Shown: in pieces, positions 1-9,671 of the stretch
Layout of the letters: each line of letters begins with the position of its first letter
Numbering within the stretch: position 1 is the first letter of the stretch
Assembly: GCA_046538735.1 (NCBI GenBank)
Contig: JBKHII010000003.1
Coordinates: 18,458-82,457 of the forward strand
DNA length: 64,000 nt
Source: Spirochaetales bacterium
GTDB lineage: Bacteria > Spirochaetota > Spirochaetia > DSM-27196 > SLST01
Reading direction: 5' to 3'
Position numbers and translations under genes: made by a program
Notes under the pieces: generated by a model
Database searches by the model: none
What the model saw: only the letters and a program-made list of their open reading frames with translations
Told to the model about the DNA's origin: nothing

Positions 1-130
1 CGGAGCTTGGAACGAAGCTTCCTATCTGCGCGGCCGTTGCGTTCGCTGGTGTCTGCCATATCCAACCCTTCCATACTTCCCCACGATCGGCTCGGATCGC
101 ACGTTCACTGTTAGTATACTGTGAGCACGA

Positions 131-793
131 ATGGACCGACGACCAACAACGACGCTGAGCTACGCGCAGAGCCTCGACGGGAGAATCGCGACCGCGCTCG
201 GCGATTCGCAATGGATATCCGGTGAGGAGACGCTCCGTCTTGCGCACGAGTTGCGGGGCTCCCATGACGCGATCCTCGTGGGCGTTGGGACGATCCTCTC
301 CGACGATCCGCACCTTACGTGCAGACTGCCCGGCGGTCGCGATCCGCACCGCGTCGTGCTCGACTCGCGGCTCCGGACGCCCGTCGAATCGAAGGTGGCA
401 CGCCCGGCGCCCACGGTGCGAACAACGATCTTCTGCGCGAACCCAACTCCCGAGAAACGCCGCGCCGAGTTGGAGACTGCGGGGATCGCGGTCGTCCCCG
501 TCGCCTCCGATGCGACCGGACTCGACCTGCGCGCCGTTCTGGATGCGCTCGCGGACATGGGCGTAGCGAGCCTCCTTGTGGAAGGAGGATCGGGAGTCGT
601 CACTTCGTTCTTCCGGGCAGGCCTCGTGGACCGACTCGTGCTCGTATCCGCCCCACTCGTTATCGGCGCCGGCACCGATGCGGTCGGCGATCTTGGCGTG
701 CGGCGACTCGGCGAGGCACGGCGCGGGAGGACGACCGCGGTCCGACAGGCGGGGAACGACGTGGTCTGGGAGATGGAGTTCGAGCGTGGATGA
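131..793 (+). CDS. Stand-alone RibD C-terminal-domain-like reductase (DHFR-fold pyrimidine/pterin reductase)
   Basis: 220-aa ORF. 'LSYAQSLDGRIA..SGEETLRLAHELRGSHDAILVGVGTILSDDPHLTCRL' and 'LLVEGGSGVVTSF..LVDRLVLVSAPLVIG' match the conserved N- and C-terminal motifs of the RibD_C reductase fold. No deaminase domain. TATACT box ends 10 nt before the ATG. Confidence 0.75.
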   Translation: MDRRPTTTLSYAQSLDGRIATALGDSQWISGEETLRLAHELRGSHDAILVGVGTILSDDPHLTCRLPGGRDPHRVVLDSRLRTPVESKVARPAPTVRTTIFCANPTPEKRRAELETAGIAVVPVASDATGLDLRAVLDALADMGVASLLVEGGSGVVTSFFRAGLVDRLVLVSAPLVIGAGTDAVGDLGVRRLGEARRGRTTAVRQAGNDVVWEMEFERG

Positions 794-1772
794 TTCGACC
801 GGCGCTGCGCGCGCACTCTACTTCGAATCGCCCGGCACGGTCTCGATCCGCCGCGAAGAGGTACGTTGCGGCGAAGGCGAGGTCGTCGTGGAGTCGCTCG
901 CGATCGGCATCAGCCACGGCAGCGAGATGCTCTTCTATAACGGACCGTTTCCCCGCGGACAGCTTCTTGAGGCCCGGGAGACGATCGGCGAGAGCACCGG
1001 TTATCCCGTCAAGTACGGCTACATGAACGTGGGCCGCATCGCGGACGGCAGGCGCGTCTTCGCCTTCTTCCCGCACCAGGATCGCTTCGCATACCCTCGG
1101 GACGAGCTGCTCTTCGTGCCCGACTCGGTCTCCACGGAAGACGCGGTGCTCTACCCCACGATCGAGACTGCCGTCCAGATCGTCCACGACACGGCGCCCG
1201 TGCTCGGCGAGACCGTGCTCGTGTGCGGCGTCGGTGCGGTCGGACTCACCGTCGCGTATCTGCTCCGCAGGCTCTCGCTGCAGGTCGTTGTGACCGATCC
1301 CGTCCCCGAACGGCGCGCGCGCGCCGCGGAGGCCGGTTGCGTCGCGATCGACCCGGCGACCGAGGATGCTCGGTCGGTCGCACTCGATGCCGCCTCGAGC
1401 CTCGGATTCGACTGGGCGATCAACACAAGCGGCCGGGGCGAAGCGTTGCAGCTGGCGATCGATTCGCTCTCTCCCGAGGGGACCGTCGTTGAGGCGTCGT
1501 GGTACGGAGAACGCCGTGCCGAACTGAACCTCGGCGCCGGTTTCCATCGCAAACGCCTCACGATCCGAGGCAGCCAGGTTTCTCACCTGAATCCACGGAT
1601 GGAACCTCGCTGGTCGCGCGACCGCAGAAGCGAACTCGCCTGGCGACTCGCCGAAGAGATCGAGCCGCGGCGCTTCATCACGCATCGCTTCGCACTGGAC
1701 GACGCGGCGCAGGCGTATGAAGTTATACGGACCCGGCCTGAGGAGGCGTTCCAGGTCGTACTCATTCCGTGA
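786..1772 (+). CDS. Medium-chain Zn-dependent dehydrogenase/reductase family protein
   Basis: Frame of track ORF 576..1772. Start placed at in-frame GTG 786, which overlaps the upstream stop (GTGGATGA). 'GISHGSEMLFYNG' and the Rossmann 'VLVCGVGAVGLTVAYL' are typical of the alcohol/threonine dehydrogenase-like MDR family. The 576-785 extension is Arg/Ser-rich and overlaps the previous gene. Confidence 0.7.
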   Translation: MDDSTGAARALYFESPGTVSIRREEVRCGEGEVVVESLAIGISHGSEMLFYNGPFPRGQLLEARETIGESTGYPVKYGYMNVGRIADGRRVFAFFPHQDRFAYPRDELLFVPDSVSTEDAVLYPTIETAVQIVHDTAPVLGETVLVCGVGAVGLTVAYLLRRLSLQVVVTDPVPERRARAAEAGCVAIDPATEDARSVALDAASSLGFDWAINTSGRGEALQLAIDSLSPEGTVVEASWYGERRAELNLGAGFHRKRLTIRGSQVSHLNPRMEPRWSRDRRSELAWRLAEEIEPRRFITHRFALDDAAQAYEVIRTRPEEAFQVVLIP

Positions 1773-1782
1773 GGGAGGTCAC

Positions 1783-2166
1783 GTGTATTCTGCCGGAGTA
1801 TCGCGTCCGCTTCGTGCCCGTCACTATCTCAACGGGGATTTCGGCGACGAGTCGGTCCCGCACTCGCACCCGTATCGCGTTGAAATCGTCTCACGCTCTC
1901 GATTGCTCGACGAGAACGGCTTCTCCACCGACATCGCGGCTCTCGAACGCGTGCTCGAGGAGAGCCTCGGCGAGATCGACGACGTCCTCCTCAACGATCT
2001 CGCCTTCTTCCGCGACAAGCAACCCAGTCTGGAGAACCTGGCGCTCTACCTCGTGCGAAGGATCCGCACGGGACTCGAGGCGCTGAACGAGGCTCCGGCA
2101 GAACCGCTCGAGATTCGCATCTGGGAGAACGATTCGGCGTGGGCCGGATTCGCCGAGAGCGAATGA
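1783..2166 (+). CDS. 6-pyruvoyl-tetrahydropterin synthase/QueD-family (T-fold) protein, divergent active site
   Basis: Start at GTG 1783, 4 nt after GGGAGG. 'RARHYL...PHSHPYRVEI...DENGFSTDIAAL...LLND...PSLENLALYL...IRIWEN' follows the PTPS/QueD pattern with the His..HxH Zn ligands. There is no Cys anywhere in the protein, and 'DD' sits where PTPS has Asp-His. Confidence 0.7.
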   Translation: MYSAGVSRPLRARHYLNGDFGDESVPHSHPYRVEIVSRSRLLDENGFSTDIAALERVLEESLGEIDDVLLNDLAFFRDKQPSLENLALYLVRRIRTGLEALNEAPAEPLEIRIWENDSAWAGFAESE

Positions 2167-3194
2167 ATCGGCTCGCCGCGATTCTACCCGCGCCCCGCGG
2201 TCGGACGAGCGGGGGCTTCCTGGTCAACGATCAGTTCTTTTCGGACTCCGACATCGAGCGCGTGGAGGCGAACGACGCCGAGGATCTCGCGTCGGCCTGC
2301 GCCCGTCTCGGTGCAGAGACGGCGGTGATCGTGGACTCGCTCTTCCTCTTCAACCGTGCCGCGGCATCCATCCTCGCTCGAGAGACCGAGCAGCGCGCGA
2401 TCCTCCTCCTCGCGCACAGTCTGCCGAGCCTGCTCCCCGATACGAGCACGCGGGCGAGGCGCCTGCACCTCGGCGACGAGCGCGTGTTTCTCGAGCGTGC
2501 GGCGGGGGCGATCGCACCGAGCGAGTTCATGCTCGCGGCGCTCGCGCGCCGCGGACTCGATCGTCGGCTCGTCCGCATCGTGCCGCCGGCCCCGATTTGC
2601 GACGGAAGGTCCGAGCGGTCGCGACCGACCGAGCGCGAACCCGGCCCCCACCGCGTTCTGACGGTAGCGAACTGGAGACGAGCCAAAGGGCTCGCCGACG
2701 CAGCGTTCGCGCTCGCGGGCCTCTCGGACATCGACTGGTCGTGGACCGTCGTCGGCGGCCGAGATGGGTGTGCCGAGCTGGAGGCCGAGGTTCGGCATGC
2801 CCTCGCCCGGCACTCGGTCGAGCGACGGCTGCGGATCGTTCCCGCGCTCCGTACGCGAGATCTCGCCTTGCGCTACGCCGAGGCGGACCTGTTCCTCTTG
2901 CCGTCGTACATGGAGAGCTACGGCCTCGCCTTCGCCGAGGCTCGCACCTTCGGGTTGCCGGTCGTTGGCTACCGAGCGGCCGCCGTGCCGGAAGTCGTGC
3001 GGGGCACGCTCGTTCCCCCGGCCGACATCGCCGCGCTCGCACGCGCGCTCCGCGAGACGATCGCCGACCCGCAACCGATCGGCAGTCACAACGGACCGGC
3101 CGGCGACACCGCGCACCTCCCGGACCGATGGGAGGCCCGGTCACGCCTCCGCGCAGCGGTCCGTTCGCTGCTCGCAACCGGGAAGCACGCGTGA
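2163..3194 (+). CDS. Glycosyltransferase, GT-B fold (group 1 / GT4-like)
   Basis: C-terminal 'LFLLPSYMESYGLAFAEARTFGLPVVGYRAAAVPEVV' is the classic Glycos_transf_1 E-x7-E region. ATG 2163 forms an ATGA overlap with the upstream stop. ATG 2139 is an alternative start. Confidence 0.75.
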   Translation: MNRLAAILPAPRGRTSGGFLVNDQFFSDSDIERVEANDAEDLASACARLGAETAVIVDSLFLFNRAAASILARETEQRAILLLAHSLPSLLPDTSTRARRLHLGDERVFLERAAGAIAPSEFMLAALARRGLDRRLVRIVPPAPICDGRSERSRPTEREPGPHRVLTVANWRRAKGLADAAFALAGLSDIDWSWTVVGGRDGCAELEAEVRHALARHSVERRLRIVPALRTRDLALRYAEADLFLLPSYMESYGLAFAEARTFGLPVVGYRAAAVPEVVRGTLVPPADIAALARALRETIADPQPIGSHNGPAGDTAHLPDRWEARSRLRAAVRSLLATGKHA

Positions 3195-4675
3195 TCCGGC
3201 CCGCCGTGCACTCGCTCCTGGTTCTTGCGGGAACCGCGCTCTTTCTTGCCGCGACGGTCGGTGCCCGGTGGGCCGGAGATCCCGCGGTCTGGGCGGGAGC
3301 GCTCGTAGGCGAGGCGCTTGTCGCGTTCTCGTGGTTCATCGCGCAGGCGGGCCGAACTGCTCGGAGCCCGGCGAGCATCGTCACCGCGGCGCGGCTAGTG
3401 ATCGCGATCGCGCTCCTGGGCACGCTCGCCGTCTCCGAGCCCCCCGCATGGCTTGCGCTCCTCGTGTTCGCCGTCGCAATCGCGGGCGAGGCGACCGACT
3501 TCGCAGACGGCGCGATCGCTCGCAGAACCGGTCCGACCGCCTTCGGCGCCCGGTTCGACGCCGAAACGGACGCGCTCTTCGTTCTCGCGCTCTCGCTTCT
3601 CGCCGTCCACTGGTATCGTGCACCGTCGTGGGTCGTCGCCGCGGGGCTGCTCCGTTATGTCACGTCCATACCCTTTCTCCTTCTGCCGGAACCGGCCTTC
3701 TCCGCGCGATTCATGCGCTTCGCCAAGGCTGCGTGCGCGGCAGCCGCACTGCTTCTCGTCGCGATCGCGATGCCGATCGGATCGGGTTCCGCGATCGCCC
3801 GGTCGATCGCGGGAGGGGTCGCCGTGACCCTGCTCGCGATCTCGTTCGGGTGGGAGGCGACGACCCGCCTCCGCGCGCTCCGGGACCGGCGGCGCGCGGA
3901 CGGCGGCGGCGCAAAGGCGTGGCGCCGCGAGCGCGGGCTCTGGAGGTCGGTGTTGACCTACTACGGCGTTCCCTTCCGTCAGTTCCTGATGCGACGACTC
4001 TACCGGCGATTCGTGCGCCCGGGCGACCTCGCCTTCGACGTAGGGTCGCACGTGGGCAACCGGATCGTGGCACTGCGCGCGCTCGGCGCACGGGTTGTCG
4101 CGATCGAACCGCAGCCCCACTGCGTTCGATTCCTCGAGCGACACTTCGGAGCAGACACCGGAACGACGATCGTGGCGGCGGCCTGCTCGAATGCCGTGGC
4201 CGCCGCGACGCTCAAGATCTCGAGCAGGCATCCGACCGTCTCTACGATGTCCGACCAGTGGGCCGCCTCGATCCGGGAACACTTCCCGAAGTCCGGGGTC
4301 GACTGGGACGAGTCGGTAACGGTCTCCACGGTTACGCTCGATGCGCTCATCGCCGAGCACGGAGTCCCGAGCTTCGTGAAGATCGACGTTGAAGGCTACG
4401 AGCCGCGGGTTCTCTCCGGCCTCTCGCACGCGATCGACGCGATATCGTTCGAGTTCCTTCCTGCCTCGATCAGCGCGGCGATCGAGAGCCTGCGACGGGT
4501 AGACTCGCTCGGAACGTACCGGTTCAACTACTCGATGGTCGAGACGATGCGATTCGCCGCGCCGGAATGGCTCTCGGCGGACGAGATGGAGCGCATTCTC
4601 CGAAGAATGCCCGCGTCCGGACGGTCGGGAGACGTCTACGCCGTGCGCCCGTCGTCTGCAGAGAAGACGAGGTAG
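3191..4675 (+). CDS. Fusion: CDP-alcohol phosphatidyltransferase (membrane) + FkbM-family SAM methyltransferase
   Basis: Start at GTG 3191 (GTGA overlap with the glycosyltransferase stop). The N-terminal half has multiple TM helices and 'DFADGAIARRTGPTAFGARFDAETD' (D-x2-DG-x2-AR...G-x3-D-x3-D motif). The C-terminal half has 'FDVGSHVGN..ALGARVVAIEP' and 'FVKIDVEGYE', typical of FkbM/Methyltransf_21. Confidence 0.7.
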   Translation: MIRPAVHSLLVLAGTALFLAATVGARWAGDPAVWAGALVGEALVAFSWFIAQAGRTARSPASIVTAARLVIAIALLGTLAVSEPPAWLALLVFAVAIAGEATDFADGAIARRTGPTAFGARFDAETDALFVLALSLLAVHWYRAPSWVVAAGLLRYVTSIPFLLLPEPAFSARFMRFAKAACAAAALLLVAIAMPIGSGSAIARSIAGGVAVTLLAISFGWEATTRLRALRDRRRADGGGAKAWRRERGLWRSVLTYYGVPFRQFLMRRLYRRFVRPGDLAFDVGSHVGNRIVALRALGARVVAIEPQPHCVRFLERHFGADTGTTIVAAACSNAVAAATLKISSRHPTVSTMSDQWAASIREHFPKSGVDWDESVTVSTVTLDALIAEHGVPSFVKIDVEGYEPRVLSGLSHAIDAISFEFLPASISAAIESLRRVDSLGTYRFNYSMVETMRFAAPEWLSADEMERILRRMPASGRSGDVYAVRPSSAEKTR

Positions 4676-5622
4676 TAGTAGCCGAGCAATCCGCGTTTGA
4701 GCGCGCGTTGGAGCGCGTTGCCGCCGAGCAGGTTGTTGAACCACTCCGGACGAAGCGGCAACCACCGAAGCGCCGAGACGAGGATGCCGGCGGCGCGATC
4801 GCGCGGCCGATCGAGCTCGAGGTAGGGAGTCAGGTCGCGCGCCTCCAACAGCCGCAGTCCGGCCTCCCGCCCGGCAGCGACGAACTGCTCCACGCTCGCG
4901 AGCCCCCGCGCGTACCAACCCCGCTTGAACTCGTTCAACCACCTTCGCTCGCGCCGTGCCGGCCACCGTCTCGCGCCGGACCGCGAGATCATGTCGTCCA
5001 CGACGATCAGTCTGCCGCCGGGACGAAGCTGCCCGGCGAGCAACGGCAGCTCGGAGAGGACGCGATCCACGTGAATGAATGACTCGACCGCGTACGCGAG
5101 ATCGAAGGGTGCGGCGGCCTCTCGCTCCCAGTACGCCCGGTCGGTGAGATCGGCCTCGTGAATCTCGATGGACGAGACGCGGCGCTCCTCGATAAACCGT
5201 CGGCCCAACTCAGCCTGAACTCGACTGATCGTCACGCCGTGGTACGTTGCCGGGAACCGCGGAGCGAGATAGAGCATTCCGCCGCCGACACCGCACCCGA
5301 GGTCGAGAACGCGTGCCTCACGCCCGGACGGAATCGGAAGCGACCTCAACTCGCCGAGGACGAGCGAGTTCACGTAGTCGATCGCGTCGTCGCGGTCAGA
5401 GATTCCGGGGCCCCAGACCGCGCGGCGAATCGCGAGCCGGCGTCCGCCGTGCCCGGCAAGGAGAAAGCGCCGCGTGTTCCGGTCGTAGTATCTGCCGACC
5501 GTGCTCCGTGTCGTCGCGATGGTGCGCCCCTTTCGATCGGCTGTCCTACGCCTGCAGCTCGGCAACGAGCGCGTCGAAGATCGTGAGCATGTCCCCGGTC
5601 GTCTTCCGTAGTCTGCTCGCAA
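4636..5622 (-). CDS. Class I SAM-dependent methyltransferase
   Basis: 'VLDLGCGVGGGMLYLA' (motif I), then 'FDLAYAVESFIHV' and 'LRPGGRLIVVD'. The start is uncertain: ATG 5622 overlaps the upstream gene by 76 nt, and I saw no convincing start just after the upstream stop. The 3' end overlaps the convergent gene by 40 nt. Confidence 0.6.
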   Translation of the reverse strand: MRADYGRRPGTCSRSSTRSLPSCRRRTADRKGRTIATTRSTVGRYYDRNTRRFLLAGHGGRRLAIRRAVWGPGISDRDDAIDYVNSLVLGELRSLPIPSGREARVLDLGCGVGGGMLYLAPRFPATYHGVTISRVQAELGRRFIEERRVSSIEIHEADLTDRAYWEREAAAPFDLAYAVESFIHVDRVLSELPLLAGQLRPGGRLIVVDDMISRSGARRWPARRERRWLNEFKRGWYARGLASVEQFVAAGREAGLRLLEARDLTPYLELDRPRDRAAGILVSALRWLPLRPEWFNNLLGGNALQRALKRGLLGYYYLVFSADDGRTA

Positions 5623-6037
5623 GGATCTTCGCGATCTCTCTCGTGATGGGCAGCGCGATCTGCGGGTGCTGATCGCCGAGCCGGATGAAATCGTCCTTCC
5701 TCACCACGAGGAACTCAGAGTCAACGGTCGTGACGATCGTTGCGGAACGGAGATCGTCGTCTATGAGCGCCATCTCGCCGAAGAAGACATTGTCCTCTGC
5801 GCGCAGCTTCGTGACCGTGTAGTCGTCGCCGGCCCTCGTTCGGCGCCGGATCTCCACCCGGCCGGAGAGCATGATATACATCTCGGAACCGCGCTCTCCC
5901 TCCTGAATGACGGTCTTCCCGCCGGCAACCGACTTCGTCCAGCAGATTGCCTGCAGGCGCTCCATGTACTCGTCGCTGTGCACGATGTCCGCGAACAGCG
6001 GGATGCGTTTCAGCTTCTCTACGACCGATCGTTCCAT
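5546..6037 (-). CDS. Stand-alone cyclic-nucleotide-binding domain (CNBD) protein
   Basis: 'IPLFADI...VIQEGERGSEMYIMLSGRVEI...FFGEMALIDDDLRSATIVT' is the canonical cNMP-binding beta-roll with the FGE..A..R(S/T)A phosphate-binding cassette. No other domain is present. ATG 6037 (or GTG 6040) overlaps the channel gene stop (GTGATGG). Confidence 0.8.
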   Translation of the reverse strand: MERSVVEKLKRIPLFADIVHSDEYMERLQAICWTKSVAGGKTVIQEGERGSEMYIMLSGRVEIRRRTRAGDDYTVTKLRAEDNVFFGEMALIDDDLRSATIVTTVDSEFLVVRKDDFIRLGDQHPQIALPITREIAKILASRLRKTTGDMLTIFDALVAELQA

Positions 6038-7203
6038 CACTCGTCCCTCTCGAGCACGATGGCCATCGCGTGCTTCTGTATCTCAAAATCGTCCGGAGGC
6101 AGCAGGACCGGACGATTCACCTCGAGCCCCTTCACTTTCTGCATGTTCGCGATCAACTGAGAGACATCGCTCGTCTTCTGCGCCTCACGGAGGCTCTCCA
6201 TCTTCATGGCGTTCGGCGACCCGGTGTTCGTCAGCAGCCCGATCAGAAGCCGGCGACCGTCCTCGTCGCGCAGGCTGTGCCGGTACTCACCGTACGTCTT
6301 GCTGACGAAACTCGGCGCGATCGGCAACGTGAGAAGCCTGGAGCCGGAGTGGCCCTGTCCGAGTAGCTCATGGATGATGTGCGAGAGACCGTTCGTCGCC
6401 GAGCTGGAAGCGATCATCTGCCGCGCGAAGTCGCGGCTGAAGAGGATCTCATCGCACTGGACGTGCTTGAGGTAGCTTTCGTACTTACGATCGAGTACCT
6501 CTGCGGTCACGTAGACGTCACGAGCGAGGCTCTTGGCGGTCAAGACGGCCATGACCGTTTTGCTGTCGACTTCGCTGACGGAGGTGCTCTCGAGCGTGTC
6601 CGCGATGATGACGACTTTCCGCGCTCGCCGCACGCTCGCTCGCTGCAACGCGAGCTCCGAGTAGTAATCTCCGCGGACGAACTTCAGACCGCGGAGATCC
6701 TCCTCCTCCTGAAGCTCCTGCACCTTCTCCGGCTCAACGTTTGAGACGAGCACCACGTGATCAGGATCGATCTCGTCCGAGGTCCGAAGTATGTCGCGGA
6801 GGATATCCTTCATATCCTCCCGCCATCCGCAGATGAGCAGGTGGCCGGAAAGGTTCTTGAAGTCCATGAGTCCTCTCCTTGCTCGGGTGTTGCGTTCAAC
6901 GAAGATCGACGCCAACGCGCCGGACAGCAGGCTCATCGCGCCAACGCCCACGAAAATCGTGACGATCGCGAGGATCCTTCCGCCGATGGTCTCCGGCACC
7001 TTGTCGCCGTATCCGGTCGTGCTGAAGGTGATGATCGACCACCAGATGCCGTCCATGAGATTGCGGAATTGATCGTTCGACCGGGACTCCAGGTAGACGG
7101 CCAGCACTCCCGAGAAGGCAAAGAACAGGATGAAGAGCAGTATCGGCCGCGCGTATCGGGAGTTGCGGTATCGGTAGAAGAGATTGCCGAGCTTCCGCTT
7201 CAT
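6037..7203 (-). CDS. 2-TM K+ channel with cytoplasmic RCK/TrkA-N-like domain
   Basis: Start at ATG 7203 (M30 of the track ORF). Two TM helices flank the selectivity filter 'TFSTTGYGD'. Next comes 'GHLLICGWREDMKDIL', a Rossmann-like RCK start. TATACT box on the minus strand at 7213-7218, 9 nt from the ATG. Confidence 0.85.
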   Translation of the reverse strand: MKRKLGNLFYRYRNSRYARPILLFILFFAFSGVLAVYLESRSNDQFRNLMDGIWWSIITFSTTGYGDKVPETIGGRILAIVTIFVGVGAMSLLSGALASIFVERNTRARRGLMDFKNLSGHLLICGWREDMKDILRDILRTSDEIDPDHVVLVSNVEPEKVQELQEEEDLRGLKFVRGDYYSELALQRASVRRARKVVIIADTLESTSVSEVDSKTVMAVLTAKSLARDVYVTAEVLDRKYESYLKHVQCDEILFSRDFARQMIASSSATNGLSHIIHELLGQGHSGSRLLTLPIAPSFVSKTYGEYRHSLRDEDGRRLLIGLLTNTGSPNAMKMESLREAQKTSDVSQLIANMQKVKGLEVNRPVLLPPDDFEIQKHAMAIVLERDE

Positions 7204-7247
7204 GGTGCACCGAGTATACCCGAGATGCGTGCGTAGCCGAACACCGT

Positions 7248-9671
7248 TCAGGTCTCCTTCGTCATGCCCGTTGCGCCCATCGCCGCGCACTCGAAATCGC
7301 GAATCGCGAGCGATAGTGCGTCCAGGTAATCGCCACAGCGTTCGGAGTCGTTTTGCCTCGCCGATGCCTCGAGAAGCGCCGCCACGTCGCCGAGCGGGCG
7401 CGCCTCGAGGTTTCGCGCCCCACCCTTCAGACCGTGAGCTTCGCGCTCCACTACCTCGTAATCGCCCGAGTCGAGATGATCACGCAACTCGGATACGATC
7501 GTGCCGCATTTCGCCACGAACCGCCGCACCACGTCGCGAACGACCTCTTCGTTGCCTGCAAATCGCTCGACTGCCGCACCGAACGAGAATACCGGCGCGT
7601 CAACGCCGGTCAAGGTGACGCCGAGAAGAGCTGCGTCGGTCTCGAGCCCTCCCATTCGCTCGCCCGGAACCGGCACCCCGAGCCGATCAACGGAGACCGG
7701 AGGCTCCTCTCCGTGGAGCGTGCTTGAGTTGATCCATCTGTCCAGGAGCGGCACCAGGTCGTCGCGCCGAAACGGTTTTGTGAGGAAGTCGTCCATACCG
7801 GCGTCCATGCATTTGTCGCGTTCACCCTTGACCGCATTCGCGGTGACGGCGACGATCGGCTTCGCGTATCCGCCCTTCCGGAGCTCGCGGGCGGCCTCAT
7901 AGCCGTTCATCTCCGGCATCTGAACGTCCATGAATACCATGTCAGGGTGCTCGCGGCGCACGGCCTCTACGGCTTCGCGCCCGTCTGCAGCGAGAATCAC
8001 CTGGTGTCCCAGGCGCTCGAGGATCGCGCGGAAGAGCGTCTGATTGACCAGGTGGTCTTCGGCCACGACGAGCCGCGCGGAGAGCGGGGCAACCTCCTCG
8101 GCCGGCTCGGCGTCCTCGACCTCGTCGTCGCCAACGGACGGGAGCTCAAACTGCTCGGCGAGCACGTTCGCGATCTCCTTCTCGAGTTGCTGCCTCCGGA
8201 CCGGTTTCGCCGCGTAGCCGTTGAACCACATCAACCGCTTCATCTTCGCTTCTCCGGCCATGAGACCGGTGGGGCTCAAGAGGATCAAGGAGGTACCGTT
8301 GATCTCTCGATCGGCGTTGATCTGGCTCGCAAGCTGCCACCCATCCATTCCGGGCAGCTCCAGGTCGATGAGCGCGAGATTGAACGGACGACCGCCGGCG
8401 GCGGCCTCGTGCAGCTTCCGGAGGCACTCCTCCGGCGTCGCAGCGACCGCCGCGTCGGCTTTCCAGCGGTGAAGGTAATCGAGCAGCACGCGCTGGGAGC
8501 TCTCGTTGTCGTCCACGAGCAGCACTCGTTTGCCGGCGCAGACCGGTTCGTCCGGGCTCGCCGAGGCCACCACGGGGAACGGGATCTCGAACCAGAAGGT
8601 TGAGCCTTTGCCGTACTCGCTCTCCACACCGATCCTGCCGCCCATCATCTCCACGAGACTCTGCGAGATCGAGAGACCGAGCCCGGTGCCGCCGAACTTG
8701 CGACTCGTGGATGAGTCGACTTGCGTGAACGCCTTGAACAGCTTCTCCACATCCTCTTGCGGGATACCGATCCCGGTATCCGAGACCTCGAAACGGACGC
8801 GCTCTCGTAGGTCGTCGTCTGCGACCGCCCTGGCGGTGATCTTCACCTCTCCGCCCGTGGACGTGAATTTCACCGCGTTGCTGAAGAGGTTCACGATGAT
8901 CTGCCGCAGCCGGCCCGGATCGCCGTTTACGGACTGCGGCACGCCGGGCCCGATCCAGACGATCGATTCCAGCCCCTTCTTGTGAGCCTCCAGGCTGACC
9001 ATGTCGACCGCTTCCTCGGTGACCGACACCAGATCGAAATCGATCGCCTCCAGAGAAAGCTTGCCCGCTTCGATCTTGGAGAAGTCGAGGATGTCGTTGA
9101 TGAGATAGAGGAGCACCTCCGCGGCGAACCGCACCTGACTCGCGTACTCCCGCTGCTCTTCGTCAAGAGCGGTCTGCAGAAGCAGCTCCGTCATGCCGGT
9201 GATCGTATGGATGGGGGTGCGAATTTCGTGACTCATGTTCGCGAGGAAGGCCGACTTGGTCCGAGTCGCCCGCTCGGCGGCTTCCTTCGCCCGCTTGAGC
9301 CGTTGTTCCGTGTTCTTCTGCAGCGTGACGTCGCGCGCGTTGACCAGCAGAAGCGGCGAGCCGTCCAGACCGCTGACAACCGAGACATCCAGCTGCCACA
9401 AGACCGGGCGGGTCGGGCTCAACACCCGCACGAGCCAGCTGTACCGCTCTCCCGGGTGGCTGAGCGTCGCCACGCGATCCCTGGACGGCCGGCGATCGCT
9501 CGGCTCGAACAGATCCCAGAGCGAATCCGGCACACCGTCCGCACCGTCCTGACGTGCGAGCTCCTGGAAGGCCGGGTTGGACGCGAGCACCTCCCCGTTC
9601 GCACGGATCACGGCCATACCGATCGATGAGTTGCGAAACATCTCTCTGTAGAGGTCGCCCGAGCCGTCCAT
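7248..9671 (-). CDS. Hybrid sensor histidine kinase (PAS - HisKA - HATPase - REC - REC - HPt)
   Basis: PAS-like N-terminus. H-box '[18 protein letters not shown]'. ATPase G-boxes 'DTGIGI', 'GGTGLGLSI'. Two receiver domains ('LLVDDN...[11 protein letters not shown]...AAKP', 'VAEDH...[11 protein letters not shown]...LTKP'). C-terminal HPt '[12 protein letters not shown]'. Confidence 0.9.
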   Translation of the reverse strand: MDGSGDLYREMFRNSSIGMAVIRANGEVLASNPAFQELARQDGADGVPDSLWDLFEPSDRRPSRDRVATLSHPGERYSWLVRVLSPTRPVLWQLDVSVVSGLDGSPLLLVNARDVTLQKNTEQRLKRAKEAAERATRTKSAFLANMSHEIRTPIHTITGMTELLLQTALDEEQREYASQVRFAAEVLLYLINDILDFSKIEAGKLSLEAIDFDLVSVTEEAVDMVSLEAHKKGLESIVWIGPGVPQSVNGDPGRLRQIIVNLFSNAVKFTSTGGEVKITARAVADDDLRERVRFEVSDTGIGIPQEDVEKLFKAFTQVDSSTSRKFGGTGLGLSISQSLVEMMGGRIGVESEYGKGSTFWFEIPFPVVASASPDEPVCAGKRVLLVDDNESSQRVLLDYLHRWKADAAVAATPEECLRKLHEAAAGGRPFNLALIDLELPGMDGWQLASQINADREINGTSLILLSPTGLMAGEAKMKRLMWFNGYAAKPVRRQQLEKEIANVLAEQFELPSVGDDEVEDAEPAEEVAPLSARLVVAEDHLVNQTLFRAILERLGHQVILAADGREAVEAVRREHPDMVFMDVQMPEMNGYEAARELRKGGYAKPIVAVTANAVKGERDKCMDAGMDDFLTKPFRRDDLVPLLDRWINSSTLHGEEPPVSVDRLGVPVPGERMGGLETDAALLGVTLTGVDAPVFSFGAAVERFAGNEEVVRDVVRRFVAKCGTIVSELRDHLDSGDYEVVEREAHGLKGGARNLEARPLGDVAALLEASARQNDSERCGDYLDALSLAIRDFECAAMGATGMTKET

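Noticed and set aside
1-59. Possible 5' end of a minus-strand gene. The reverse complement reads ATG GCA GAC ACC AGC GAA..., with GGAAGGG upstream.
   Set aside because: Only 19 codons are visible before the window edge, so there is no way to judge coding potential or identity.
2597-3190. N-terminal 198-codon extension of the track ORF 2597..4675
   Set aside because: The extension lies inside the glycosyltransferase gene in another frame and is Arg-rich. The hydrophobic CDP-alcohol transferase domain begins at GTG 3191, which overlaps the glycosyltransferase stop (GTGA).
3395-4966. 523-aa minus-strand ORF, together with the other long alternative-frame ORFs at 2184-3116, 2527-3423, 2764-4392, 9554-11005, 12091-13545, 20173-21459, 25239-26543, 30344-31795, 43744-44736, 46566-47675 and 56511-58025
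   Set aside because: All overlap genes with clear family signatures in another frame or strand. Their translations are dominated by Arg, Pro, Gly and Ala, as expected for off-frame reading of GC-rich coding DNA.
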